Of a stretch of 64,000 nucleotides of DNA, positions 12,155 through 25,900 are shown piece by piece. The position numbers and the translations under genes are program-made. Every line of letters starts with the position of its first letter. The first letter of the stretch is position 1. The stretch covers positions 2,356,001-2,420,000 of the forward strand of contig NEEC01000007.1 in assembly GCA_002189035.1 (NCBI GenBank), given 5' to 3'. Source of the DNA: Utricularia gibba (Eukaryota > Plantae > Magnoliophyta). The notes under the pieces were generated by a model. That model did no database searches, was not told the DNA's origin, and worked only from the letters and a program-made list of their open reading frames with translations.

Positions 12155-13814
12155 TCATTCTCTTGGCCTAGCAAGCCACAGAGAGCTTAAAGCTCTGAGC
12201 CTTGAGAAGTAGTCATGGATCAGAAGCAGGGCCCGAGCTGATTGTCGGGTCGTCAGTATCCGGTGCATTTGCTGAAGTGTTTGCTGTCTCAAGTTGTCAG
12301 CCTGGCAAGGTGAAACGAATGAGAATCAATTCCTCTATGCAATAGTGTCTACTGTGTTTTTGGGAGTGATTCAGCTCAGCTGATTTCGAGATTAGGATAC
12401 CACATCTGAGCTTGGATCACTTCCAAAAATGAAGATGCTGTGTAATCAGTATTGCTATTATACGTTACCTGTCTTAGAAATCCTTCAAGAGTTCCCAGCT
12501 TTCCCATTGCCATAGCCATCTGACCCATATAGTTGCCGACATTCCCCGATGTGCCGTCTGTTCCAGAGGAGCCATTGGCTAAAGTCTCCGCCAAGGATTG
12601 CTGCAAAGCATCCATGCCCTGTGCGAGTGCATCCTCGGCTTGATGGGAAGATTGCTGTAAATTGTATAGTCCGTTCAGCTGTTGCTCCGTTAAAGGCTCC
12701 AGATGGTTCACGAGAAGCTGTGGTTCAATCATCACATCTCTCTTATATCAGAAAAAAAAAAGAGGTGAAAAGACCTGGATGAAAACTTGGAACATTGGAA
12801 CATCAGCACCAGCGCATGGCGTTTCCACTGGAAGATACAAAGGGTACAAACAAACCTTGAGAAGCTCAGATGGCCTAAAGCCACCGATCCAGAGAAAGCA
12901 TCTTTCCGCAGGTGTTTTCCACATTCCTGATAAGATATGGAACACATCATCCTTAGCAGCATTGCCCTTCATCTTGAAAATGCTGTAGAAATGAACTGCG
13001 ACGGTTTCCACAAGAGTTCCCAGCTCTGTGTCCCCTGCATGAGCGTTGATTGCCGTTCTCAGCTCACTTACATGCCTACTCTGTTCTTCCAACCATCGAC
13101 TGTATTCTGCATCAAAAGTCAACGCTCCTGCACCATCCAACACTTTTAACTTAAAAAAATATCTTCTAGCATCAGAGTGTGGCTGTTGTTTTACTTAATC
13201 CACGTTTTATCTGAAAAAGAAATCAAACCATTTGCATTCCCTGCATTGGCCTGATCCCTCATGCTAGACATGAAAATCCCCTGCTGACGGGCTCTCTGTA
13301 GTTCTTGCTCAAGTTGTGTTAGCTTCAGCCGGCTATTCTCTAGTTGCTGCACATAAGCCTGTGCATTTTCCAAAATTCTTTTGAATATCAATGCTCAATG
13401 ATATATAATGCTACTTTGGTGGATGAATTCGGCACAGAAACAGTAGAGAAGGTATACTTTCTTCCTTAGTCTGCTTTTCCTAGCAGCTTCACGATTTTGA
13501 GCAAGGCGTCGTTGTGTCTGAGAACCGTGCATAAGAAACTTGTGTCAGCAGAGCTAACTAGAAAAACGCCTGGCGATTTGACTGAATATACAGAACTACA
13601 CCTTTTGATCAGGATTTTTTTCTTTGGATTTATCACTGGAATCTAAACCGGGAACACCATCAAATTGCCCAGACTGCAGATGAGAGAAAACAAGTAAAGT
13701 GAGAACAAGCGTTATTCGTTGGTTGTGTGAAGGAACCATTGAAAAGAAATTCGCCTTCTGATTATCAGGATCGGCATCAGTGGATGAATCTGTCCGTGAA
13801 CTGCATTCTTCCAT
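12155..13814 (-). CDS. TGA (TGACG-binding) bZIP transcription factor, clade II (TGA2/5/6-like)
   Basis: Multi-exon: MEECSSRTDSSTDADPDNQK / ...SSDKSKEKNPDQK / TQRRLAQNREAARKSRLRKK / AYVQQLENSRLKLTQLEQELQRARQQG / DOG1 domain FDAEYSRWLEEQ...KTPAERCFLWIGGFRPSELLK / ...LRALSSLWLARPRE*. Confidence 0.93.
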
Positions 13815-15434
13815 GTTTGATTCAATCCAGTTCTGGTTTTCAGGTGCAGAAGAAGATATATTCAATATTGGTCCAATTCTTTCGTTGTAGAGTTTGAGAT
13901 CCCAGTATAGAACTAGCAAAACTCTTGTTCTTAGGCGAAGAATGGTTCTGTAATCAAGCATGCACGACTAAAACGTCAATTGCTCAAGAGACAATGACTT
14001 TCACCTCAACAGAATGGGACAAGCAACTTACCACAAGCGCTAGAATGAGGATCAACCGCAATCGCCACACTCCGTATTAGGACCTGAAATTTACAGACAA
14101 CACGACATTCATGAAAAGAAAGTACTTCAATCTCAAAAACAGAGAAAGGCAACTTCCTGCATTGCTGGACACTTCAATCGAGGAAGAGTTATCCAACCCA
14201 CATTTCCAAACCCAAAAAAGGAAACCATAAGTAAGTTACACATTTTATTTACCATCAGAATTACTGATCACATATAAGCAAGAAAGAAAGTGAGCAAGCC
14301 TTATCAGCCCATAGTCCTAGATTAGAAACCCTAAACAAGATGAACTGTTCTAATTAGTTCAGAAACAAAACCTATTTTGGAAGGCTTACCCCCGGCTAAT
14401 ATGAGCAGTATCTCCTGATTGAATTCCAAGACATTGCTCCATGATTCCAAAATAAAAAAATTCGAGAAGCTTCCCCTGTATTAGATTCAGCACTCCTGCA
14501 GTCAACAAGTTCCCAAATCAATAAGCTTCTGTAAAATATCAAATCATTCAAAAGTACAGACTCAACGTCCAACGCCCAAGTCTGAACCCTGCTTGCCGTC
14601 CAGAAGTAGGACTTTGTACTTTACCCAGCATGAATTAACATCATCACCAACACAAGCATCAAAAGAAAAATACCAAAAACCACAGAAAATCCTAGAAAAC
14701 CAATAAATAAAATATTCGAGGACCAAAACCTGAAAAAGCAAACAAGAAAAACAGTACAGCGGGATGCAAAGTGTGAGGCGGAAACAGGAAAAACTTCCGC
14801 GGCAAGCGCAGATGGTGACGGAGCCCGGCTGGGGCGGGCTATTTAGATATCTCTTCTGAGGTCCCGGCTTCCGGGCTGCTCCGTCGAGCAACTACGAGCG
14901 TGAGTGGTCAAATGACGTGAGGGACAAAGAGCCGTGATGGTCGCATCCTCCAAACCCAACTCCCCCTTGCGTCGTTTTCATCTCCACCATTTTCTTCCTC
15001 ATTTTCCACGGCGACAACCACTTGCAGAATTGGTTCTGTAATTAAATAATTATAGACTATTAAAAGTAGAAAGTTTTTTGAATTATTTTTAATCATTAAA
15101 TGAAAATTAACTATTTTAGTATAATTAAGGATATTGTTTTTTTAAAAATAAAATATTAAAAAAAATTGATTGATAATTACATATTCAAAAAATGTCTTTT
15201 TATACACATATTTTCCATCTAATATCTTGTTAAATATATTATTATGATTTTTTTTCATAAAATAAATCCAATAATTATTTTTATTTTAAAAAATTAATAA
15301 AAATCAAAATGAGAATAAACAACGGTTTTCTTTACGAAAAAATGGTTTGCTTTTCATCAAAATTAACTGCCTGGTGCGTACGTTATCAATGAAGGATAAG
15401 GTTCTGCTTCTGTACGGTGGCGCCCGTTAGGAAG

Positions 15435-16831
15435 ATGAACGCCTTGCACTGGACTTGTCTTCCTTCTCCATTCTCTGTTTCTCATCCAACAGCACCCAGA
15501 ATCGTCTCCTCGGCCCAGTTTAATCCCCCGGGATCATCCAAGAAATGGGTTTCACGCACTCCTGTAGTGGCTTCAATCTCAACGTATCCTCATCCAATGG
15601 TGGATGCGGAGCATCTGGAGGCCGAATTCGGAGCACCCGGTGTCAGCTTTTCGAGCCTCGGAGACGAATGCCTGGTGAAAATGTCCCTTGAAAACGGAAC
15701 ATCGGGTAGGCTGCTGCTCCCTAGTGGACTCATCACCTCATTCAAGCCTGTTATGTGGCACGGCGGGAAGGCCGAGCTGCTTCACACCACCGTCTCCGCT
15801 CGGAATGACCGCGATCGTTCGATTCGAGGAGGGATTGTAGTATCTTTGGATTGCAAGAATGATGATGGGGCTTCATGGGGTCCCCATTCTTGGGCACTCT
15901 GTAGCGTGAGTGGATCCAATCAAGATTCAATTCAGGTAGCACACAGATGTATGTAATGAATGATGATAGATTGAAGCAAATTGAATGTGTATTTGGAATC
16001 CCATTCAGTCTTGATCTCATTCTTCTAGTTGTGAATGAACTGTGCAATCAATGAATTCCATGGTGCAGTTTTTTAGAATGAATTTGCTGATGAGTGAAAT
16101 CATCTACAGGTGGAGTTGATCAGCAGGAATCAAGAATGGGGTGCTCAAGTGAAGCACATCATAACGCTTTCACAAGATGTTCTAACCTCAGAGGCTCTGG
16201 TTTCCACCTCCAGCTCTTCATCCCTCCATCTAACAGGCTCCATTTTGTGCCACTTAACAGTGAGCACCCCGGATGCAGTCTATGCTCTAGGGCTGCAAGG
16301 CTCCGACTTCTCCGACGCACCACCTGTCCAGACAGATTTCACCATCGAAGTTGCGGAGAAGGATGATCAAGATGAAGGGAGCTTCTGGGGTATCACCAGC
16401 AAGCTTTTTTCAACTCAAATCAATGGTGATAACAGGGATGAGCCTCTGGAACTAATGACGGGTGAAGAGGAAGATAACTACAAGCATTTGAGCCAAAAGC
16501 TTTGCAAGATTTATCAGAACGCCCCCAGCAACTTCACCATCATGGACCGTGTAAGACAGCACAGGATGCTCCTCTTTTTGTGCACAAGTTTGACAGGGGA
16601 CACTGACGAGTTCATTTTCTTTGGTATGCTGAACAGGGGAAGAGGAATTCGGTCATTTTGAGAAGGGAAGGTTTTGAAGAATTGTATGTGATGAGTCCAG
16701 GATCAGAACATGAAATGTACGGCGAGTTTTCATTCATCTGCGTCGGGCATTCAGTCTTACAGAAACCAGTAGTCGTCAGCCCTGCCGGTGAATGGAGAGG
16801 AAGTATGATGCTGTTTAATCCCAATACATGA
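15435..16831 (+). CDS. NDF5: NDH-dependent cyclic electron flow 5 (chloroplast NDH assembly factor)
   Basis: Exons 15435-15935, 16110-16550, 16637-16831. Transit-peptide-like N-terminus, then HLEAEFGAPGVSFSSLGDECLVKMSLENG, MWHGGKAELLHT, HLTVSTPDAVYALGLQGSDF, GEEEDNYKHL, REGFEELYVMSPGS, ending FNPNT*. This fits NDF5 better than its paralogue PnsB2. Confidence 0.85.
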
Positions 16832-17616
16832 TTCTTTTTCAAACCTGAGAAATTCGCCACAGCAATTTATTTTTTCTTTGTTAGGTATTCCAACTATTTT
16901 AAAAAACATATTTTGGATACTAACCGTTTATAACAACGATTTGATTAAATTCAAAAGGTTCGAAAATATAAAAAAATAAATCATGATTTAATTATGATAT
17001 TGTAATTGTAATTTTCAAATTTTATTTTTTGTAAAAAAATATTTTTAAAAAATGAACGATTTGATTAAGGGTTGAATTGCTATTGAATCACGCAAATCGT
17101 GAACCGTTCACTCAATTTTTTTTTTATAGGTATAATTGGTTCATTTGGTTGACAGTCCACCAAGTGATCATCCTCTAATACCAATAATACATGTGCAATA
17201 AAAATGATCAATTTAAATATTAATTTTTATTTATAAAAGATTTAAAAAATAATTATTTTTCAAAATAACCCATGTTTGGATTTAGTTAGGAATCCATTAA
17301 AAAATAAAATAAAATAATTTTAATATGTTATTTTCCCCCATTTTTCTTGTATAATTTTTTTTTCTCATGGAGATTGATTTTTTAGGTGTGATGGATAAAT
17401 AGTTTTATAAAAGTAATAAATGGAGGAAACTGCGTTGTTTTTGGTTGGCTCAGGTTGTTTGGTCTCCTCGTTTGGCGTTTTCAATGGGAGAGACGACGAA
17501 GATGGCAGATAGGGATCGTCTTCTGACGCTTGTTTGCATGAGCGAGGAGCTCATCCCACAATGCAGGAATGCAACAAATGCAGGGAGCCAAGGTTTTGTA
17601 ATTTGAGCAGCAAACC

Positions 17617-20546
17617 ATGATGCCCATGAAGGCCTGGGAAGCCACCGTGAGGAAGACGCAGGCGGCGGCGAAGAAGCGCGCCAACACCATCTTCGGGATG
17701 TCTCACGCCGCTGAGGAAGAAACCGATGATCATGATCACGACGAAGACCGCCTCAGCCGGTCGTCCGGGGAAGTTTATCAGGCGGAGAAGTTTCTTCCCA
17801 ATGGGGACTACTACACAGGCTATTGGTGCGAGAGCTTTCCTCATGGCCATGGCAAGTACTGGTGGACCGATGGATGCATGTACGTGGGCGAGTGGTTCAG
17901 GGGAAGACGATGGGAAAAGGGATCTTCAGCTGGCCTTCAGGTGCAATGTATGAAGGGAATTTCAAGAGCGGATTCATGGACGGAGAAGGGACGTACACCG
18001 GCGCCAACGGCACGACGTATAAGGGATCATGGGTGATGAACTTGAAGCACGGATATGGAGTGAATGAATATGGGAACTCCGATACCTACGACGGCGAATG
18101 GAGCAGAGGAATGCAGGAAGGTCAAGGGAAGTATCAATGGAAGAATGGGAACCACTACGTTGGAGAATGGAAGAATGGCAAGATCTGTGGGAAAGGGAAA
18201 ATGTTCTGGACAAACGGGAATGCATACGAAGGGAGCTGGGACGATGGTTTGCCTAAGGGAAATGGAACATTCAAATGGAGTGATGGAAGTTTCTATGTGG
18301 GGAATTGGAGCACTGATCCTTCAGAGCAGAATGGCACCTACTACCCATCAGGGGGGTCATCAATGGAAGGAAATCTGGAGTGGGATCCTCAGGATGTGTT
18401 CAATGAACTGAAGGAATGCAAAGTCTGCCAATCTGATAAGATTCCCTTGTGGCCTTCCCAGAAAAAGCTCGCCGTCTGGAGGTCTTCCAAAGGATCGGAT
18501 GCGCCTATCGTCCGGCCAAGAAGACTGTCAGTTGATGGAAGAATAGACGCCAGTGTGGACAATGATCTGGTAGCAATGAGGTTGTCTGATGGCGCAGCAC
18601 CCGCATCTTGGACGACTGGATCCATGGATCGGACAATTGAAGGAGATGATGCACCATTTGCTTTACAGACAGAAACTGGATCCATCAGAGGCACCGCAAT
18701 AAAGATACCCAAGGTGGCTAAAAGACAAGGGGACACAATCTCTAAAGGCCACAGAAATTATGAGCTGATGCTTAATTTGCAACTTGGAATCAGGTACAGA
18801 CCATCTTCTTCTCCCTAAAGAAGTTAATGAAAGAAGATGATATGCATCAGAACATAGTTGCAAGTTGTCTGAATGAAGCAGTGATCTTGCTTTGGCCTGT
18901 GTTCACAATTTTTGCTTCTAACCTTGCAGGCACTCTGTTGGGAGGCCTGGACCGCCTCCATCTCTTGATCTGAAGCCATCAGCATTTGATCCAAAAGAGA
19001 AATTCTGGACAAAGTTTCCTCCAGAAGGCTCCAAAATCACTCCACCTCATCAGTCTTGTGAGTTTAAATGGAAAGATTACTGCCCCAAAGTATTCAGGTG
19101 CTTCCCTTTTCTACAACATTGGCAGGAAAACACTTCAAGTCCTACACTAAAGATGCAGAAAAACATTAATTTTCTGCAGGTCTTTGAGGATGCTGTTTAA
19201 GGTGGATCCTGCGGATTACATGTTGTCCATTTGTGGAAACGATGCACTTCGGGAGCTATCTTCTCCAGGGAAAAGTGGAAGCTTTTTTTACTTAACGAAT
19301 GATGACCGTTACATGATAAAGACCATGAAGAAGGCCGAAACAAAAGTAAGTTTATGTATTTCACATCTGATTTCAAACCACAGACATCATCAGAAACATA
19401 CTCTAACATGTCTTACTGTTATTTCTCAAAAAAACCAGGTGCTTTTGAGGATGTTGAATGCTTACTATAACCACGTTCGAGCATTCGAGAATACATTAGT
19501 CACTAAATATTACGGCCTTCACTGTGTCAAGCTGAATGGACAAAAGGTAATGCAAATGGATCATGAAAACAAATGGCGAGAGGCAAAGATGTTGCTTGTT
19601 TCCTGAGATGTTAATAATGAAGGGTCCTCTTCTGTAGGTCCGATTCATTATCATGGGAAATCTGTTCTGTTCTGAGTACATGATTCATAGACGATACGAC
19701 TTAAAAGGCTCCACATTTGGGAGACTAACAGATAAACCAGAATCAGAGATTGATGCAACCACAACACTCAAGGACCTTGATCTCAACTTTGTATTTCGAC
19801 TGCAGAAAACATGGTTTCAGGAATTCAGGAGGTGATAACTCTACCAAATACGACCAGAAATGTTATACTTGCTGACTGCAAACACATTTGTTTGCAGACA
19901 AGTTGACAGGGACTGCGAGTTTCTTGAGCAAGAGAGAATCATGGATTACAGTCTTTTAGTAGGCCTCCACTTCACAGACGCCTCAACTGATCAGGAACAT
20001 ACTGCCTCCGGTGCAGTCACTCCCATCGGTAAGAACCCCATTTCTCAACCAACAACACCACAAACACCTTGAATCCTGTACCTCCCTGTGTGCAGACAAT
20101 GGCGGATCAGAGAGCGACTCGACCACCCGCTTATCCAATGTGGAACAACTACTTCTAGATCCAGCAGGGTAATGATTCTCCACTGAATCCACTCAAAACT
20201 TCAATATAAAAACAGCATCAAAAGAAGCAAAACTTGGTGTGTGTACATGCGACGCAGGTGGGCTAGTATAAGATTGGGAATCAACATGCCTGCAAGGGTG
20301 GAAAGAACGGAGAGAAAAGCAGACGCGGAGTTCCAGTTAGTCGGAGAACCGACCGGAGAATGCTATGACGTAGTAGTGTTCTTTGGCATCATAGACATTC
20401 TCACCGAATACGACATGACCAAAAAACTTGAGCATGCTTACAAGTCCATTCAGTACGATCCCAACTCCATATCAGCAGTGGATCCCAAGCAGTACTCCCG
20501 GCGGTTCCGTGAGTACATCTTCAAAGCTTTTGCAGAAGACGTATGA
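17617..20546 (+). CDS. Phosphatidylinositol 4-phosphate 5-kinase with N-terminal MORN repeats; apparent 1-nt frameshift at about 17900-17903
   Basis: MORN repeats ([53 protein letters not shown]) in exon 17617-18793. Kinase exons follow ([74 protein letters not shown]). The reading frame switches at EWFRG|KTMGKG. Confidence 0.9.
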
Positions 20547-20742
20547 AAATGCATGCACAGTTGCATGGTTGTTTTACTGTACTTTTTCTTCCCGGTTTTG
20601 TGTATTGAACTCGGAACCTTGATGACTTGTCCAAAAATTACGTGTAGGATGAGAATAACATTTTTTAAAAAATAAAAAATTAGATATATCTATTTATAGT
20701 TACAAAATTTAAGAAAAAATTTATCCTATATAATTTTTTTAT

Positions 20743-21752
20743 GGGGAAAAATACGTTTTGATGCAAACGTTTCAAAGATTGCTTATAATTAAATGTACAC
20801 GTTTTTTAAAATAGTTTTGTGGTATAAACATTTCAGTTTTTATTCAAATTCAATACAAACGTTTCAAAATATATCATTTTGGTACAAACGTTAAATATTA
20901 TATTATTTTTCAAATATCAACGTTTTTTAAAACATTGTTTAAATACATACGTTGTTTAAAAAAGTTAAAAAACAATACAAATGTTTTTTCACACATACTT
21001 TTTGATACATGCGTTTATTGTAAATTATGATTTTGAACAAAATATATTAAAAATAATTAATATATTATAATATATATTAAAAATAAATAAATAAAATATA
21101 ATTTATGTGTATTTCAAATTTTCATGTTTTCTAACTCATTAATTTAATTTACTTCATTATGTGCATTTGATTATTATATTATATTCATATTTATAAGTTT
21201 TTCAAAATTTACAACAATATCCGAAAACTTTTTCTAATAATTAAAAAATATCTAAATAATATATTAATATTATAAGTAATATAATTGTAAATATCTATTT
21301 CAACATTTAATAATTTGAATCCATCATAATAAACTTAGTGTATTTTAAGTTGATTAATCACTTTTTTATAAAATGATACATGACATTAATTAAAGTCAAC
21401 TGAACCCTAATTATATTACATTTCTCAATTTGGGAATGAGCCAGCTAAATATATGTACTGAAATAAAAGCCCATTAGTAAACGTTTGTTCTCATAATATA
21501 GGTGTTAAAAGTTGTGTTTTTATTTAAAAGATAAATTACAAACATATGTATCAAAAAAAATTTCAAAAAAACGTTGGTATTGAAGATATATTATTTTTCA
21601 AAACATTAGTTTCAAAATAAAAATTTTGAAAACGTTTGTATGTAAAATCTATAAAATTCGACAACGTATGTACCAAAAATCACATTATACAAACGTTAGT
21701 ATAGAATTGTATGTTTTTTTTCAAACGTTTGTATTGAAACAAAACGTAGCCC
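20743..21752. mobile_element. Non-autonomous Mutator-like (MULE/foldback) element with tandemly repeated long inverted arms
   Basis: Identical 10-bp direct repeats ATTTTTTTAT at 20733-20742 and 21753-21762 flank it. Ends read GGGGAAAAATACGTTTTG and, on the reverse strand, GGGCTACGTTTTG. Arms at about 20743-21030 and 21530-21752 are degenerate inverted copies built from a roughly 30-bp unit with an (A/C)AAACGTT core. No transposase ORF. Confidence 0.75.
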
Positions 21753-22998
21753 ATTTTTTTATTTTTAAAGTATGCAATGGATTAATTATTCATTTATATT
21801 AAATTAATTCACCTGATTCTTTGCATTCGTATTCATTAATATTTCAAAAATTGCATTTTTTTCGAATAATTCTGTTAAAGAATAACATTAATTCAAAATG
21901 AACAATTTTATTCATTTTAATATTTTTTCTTCTTTATTTAATTCGTTTTTTAAAATTTCCTTCTTAATTTTTCATTTTTGAGATGAAGGATTGCAAGCCA
22001 AATATATGATTTGAACTGTCATTTAAATATTATTATAAAATAATTTCTTATTCTAAAACAAAACACATTGATGATTTAAGGTACATAATATTTATTTTAA
22101 TTCTCATTATCATTCTTATTTTTTAAAAATTTATTTTGAAAATGTGTGAAGAACATATTCCACTATATTATGGGAACAGTCTTCCCAAATTGAAGGCAAC
22201 TGGATAATCATAACAAATATTATCATCCCAAACTGAAAATATCTTCTACTTATCATATTTTTTTTGTTTTATAAAAATTAAATTAAATTAAATACTAAAA
22301 TAATAATGAAAATAAGATATATTCAAAACTTACCATAAAACACAAAGGAATCCAGACTCATGACAAGGCTGATGTCGTGTCAAACCTTTCTATGGTATGG
22401 AAAGGTAGACGAGGATTGCCTTTTTGACTATTCCTTTCTAAAAATAAAATTTAAAAGGAATATTAATTATTTCATGTACGGTGTTTTATGCGATGTAAAT
22501 ATAATATATATGGGGTTCGAGTTTATTTTATTTCATCACATTTACCACGTTTTTTATACTTGGGAATTTGTTGGTATTTTTGAGCTTTTTTAAAGTAAAA
22601 ATAAATAAAAAATACTGGGGTAAAATGTCAGGCCATGGGCTTGAAGGGTGATATGGTAATTTCACTTCCAAGCTGCGTGGGTGACAGAGATTCCTCTTAA
22701 TAGGGGGGTGGAAATAAGACGATCATGAATCATCACCAGCAGTTACGGACAACGGAGTAGCGTCGTGGGAGTATAGACGGGAGAAAGTGAGAGAGAGAGA
22801 GAGAGGCCCAGGTACTCGGATGCGGGTGGCTATCAACGTTCGTTTTATCCTCTAAATCCACTTGCGCTCATTCTCCGACACCGAAATATTTACAATTTTT
22901 TCCGATAATGCTGCAACGCAGAGTTGGATAGAGAGCGATACTGTGCGGGGTGTTTATTTTTGGTGATTGCTTTGTGGGTGGGTTTGGGTTGATGAAAG

Positions 22999-25900
22999 AT
23001 GTCTCTACACTCTGCGGGTCATCATGTGCAGTCGGTGAAACTGTTTACACCGACTGGGTCGACTAATGGTTGCAAGAAAGATTTGGTTTTGGTTGGTTTT
23101 ATTGGGTTTTCCGGTGGGAAGCAGCACAGGAAAGTTAGAACACGGGCTGGTGCTGTCAGGGGCAAGAGCAGCTTCCTGGGATCTGTGGCATCCAAGAAAA
23201 CTAATACACTCTTCTCTATCAAGTCTGCTCTTGATATTGAAGGAGTTGGTTGTAGTTCGTCACGGCAGTCTTCTAGTTTGAAAACGCAGGTGATGCTTGG
23301 CTGAAAAATGCATCTGATCTCTGTTTTTAGTTGGAACTGGTGTTTGGTAATCAGTATGTGCTCATCCTGCTGGTTGGACAACACCGGAAACTTTTTTCAT
23401 GATCACCTTTCATAGACATTATTTTCTTGTTTCCTTGCATGAGTTTGCTCGATTTTGGCTTCATAAAGTTTTCTGGAATGTTAAGTTATGAGCTTATTGA
23501 TTGTGCTCTGGATCATGTGTGTTTCAACTTATACACTTCTTCGTCATGCATGAATTGTGCTGTCATTTAAAATTGACAACCGCCCCTATCCGTCATTTGA
23601 GATATTAACTCAATCCGAACAAGTTAGAATATGTAGCATGCTGCATGCAAAATTTCTTCGATGCTCGAGTTCAGAAAATTGTGCCTATTTAAAGAGAAGG
23701 AAATGTGACCGGTTCATTTTTATAACGTTCATTTGCTAGCTGTGGACATTCAGCAGTTATCTGATCCTAATCATAGACAGGCTCATGCTTCAGATTCGTG
23801 AATTTCATGCTGGATTAATTTACGCCACCTGCAATATATTTATTTATGTCCTATTCATTTTCAGGTTGCAAACTTGCAAGATATAATTTCTGAAAGGGGG
23901 GCATGTGGTGTTGGATTTATAGCCAGTCTAGATAATAAACCATCCCATAAGATTGTGAACGATGCCCTGACAGCTCTAGGATGCATGGAGCATCGTGGAG
24001 GTTGTGCAGCAGATAATGATTCGGGAGATGGGGCTGGGATAATGACTTCAATCCCTTGGGAATTCTTCAACATATGGGCCAGTGAACAAGGCATCGGAGA
24101 TTTCGATCAGTTGCATACAGGTGTTGGAATGATATTTCTTCCCAGTGACGATGATAAAAGGAAACATGCGCAAAAAGGTGAGCCCATGATACATGAAACA
24201 GCAAATAGCACAGGATTCCATTTTTAGGGGCAAGTGATTTCCCATCTGAAAGATATAGTATGTTTGTTTGAGCCACAAGTGTTTGAAGTATTTTATATCC
24301 TCTACAAGTTTCAACACTTCATTTCCTTCAAATGAGTTTTAATTGTTAACTTATTTTCGAGGTAATCCATATTAATTATCTTCTTGTTGCAGTAATTTCG
24401 GATGTATTTGAAAAAGAAGGTCTTCAAGTGGTTGGATGGAGATCAGTTCCTGTAGACAGCTCTGTGGTTGGCTACTATGCAAGAGAAACTATGCCAAATC
24501 TACAGCAGGTTTTCGTTCAAGTCTCTAAAGAAGAAAATATTGATGACATTGAAAGGGAACTTTATGTATGTCGAAAGTTGATAGAAAGAGCAGCGAGTTC
24601 GGAGTCATGGGGGAATGAGCTTTACTTCTGTTCATTATCCAATCAAACCATTGTTTATAAAGGAATGCTACGATCCGAGGTGCTAGGACAGTTTTATTTG
24701 GATCTGCAAAATGATTTATATAAATCCCCTTTTGCCATATATCATCGTAGATACAGTACAAATACTACTCCCAGGTGGCCTCTCGCTCAACCAATGAGAT
24801 TTCTAGGCCACAATGGAGAGATCAATACGATACAGGTTACATTACTAGCCTCCTTTCAATCATATATATCAAACTGCGCAATGAACTCAGGCTGGACTAT
24901 ATATTCAGGGGAACTTGAATTGGATGCAATCTCGGGAGTCTTCACTGAAGTCCCCTGTTTGGCGTAACCGTGAAAATGAACTTCGGCCTTTTGGAAATTC
25001 AAAAGCATCCGACTCCGCAAATCTTGATAGTGCTGCAGAAGTATGAAAATTTGTTCTTCATATTTTCTATTCCATATTGCACTATGTTGAATAGAGTTGA
25101 GATCAAACTGATCTTGAGACATGGACACCATTGTAGCACAATTCTAATAAAAGAATGTCACATGTTGAGTGTACCGAGAATTTCAAATGATATTTTTCTC
25201 AAGATGGTATACTGAAGTTTCCTTGCATTTCCTGCCTTTGATTTACGTATATTGTAGTTTATTGTTTCCTTTTTCTATGAGTTCACTTTCTTGGCACAGT
25301 TATATCTTACACATCTATCCTTTGCAGCTGTTAATAAGAAGCGGTCGTTCACCTGAGGAAGCCTTGATGATTCTTGTACCAGAGGCATACAAAAATCATC
25401 CGACCTTGATGATAAAGTACCCTGAGGTATATTGCCACTGTATATAAACAGGATTTGTTCTTGTGGCAGTACCAATTTTCAGCTCTACTTTTTCTTGGTT
25501 CACAATAGCTTCAGGTGAAATAAATGAATTTCGATATATTGGTATTGTTGCTTGATGATCTTGTAATGCAAAGAACCAATTAGAATCTATTATTCTGTAA
25601 TATGCCTCAGAGAATATGAGTCGGTTGGTTTGGTTCATTGCAAAGATGTTTTTTCAGGCAGTTGACTTTTATGACTACTACAAGGGCCAAATGGAAACCT
25701 GGGATGGGCCTGCGTTGTTATTATTCAGGTGATTTTAACATCTGCAGCTTCTCAGTGGCTGGATATATGTTTTCTTTACGTGTTTTCTGAAACTGATACT
25801 TTTTTTTAACATACGAAATGATGAAGCCATATGCTTTGCCATTTACTCATCATGTTTCCTGTTTATTGACAATCCCTTGATTGGGTTTGGACATATGAAA

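Noticed and set aside
16880-17200. Possible hAT-like remnant with AACCG/AACGATTTGATT motifs
   Set aside because: No terminal inverted repeats or TSD could be defined.
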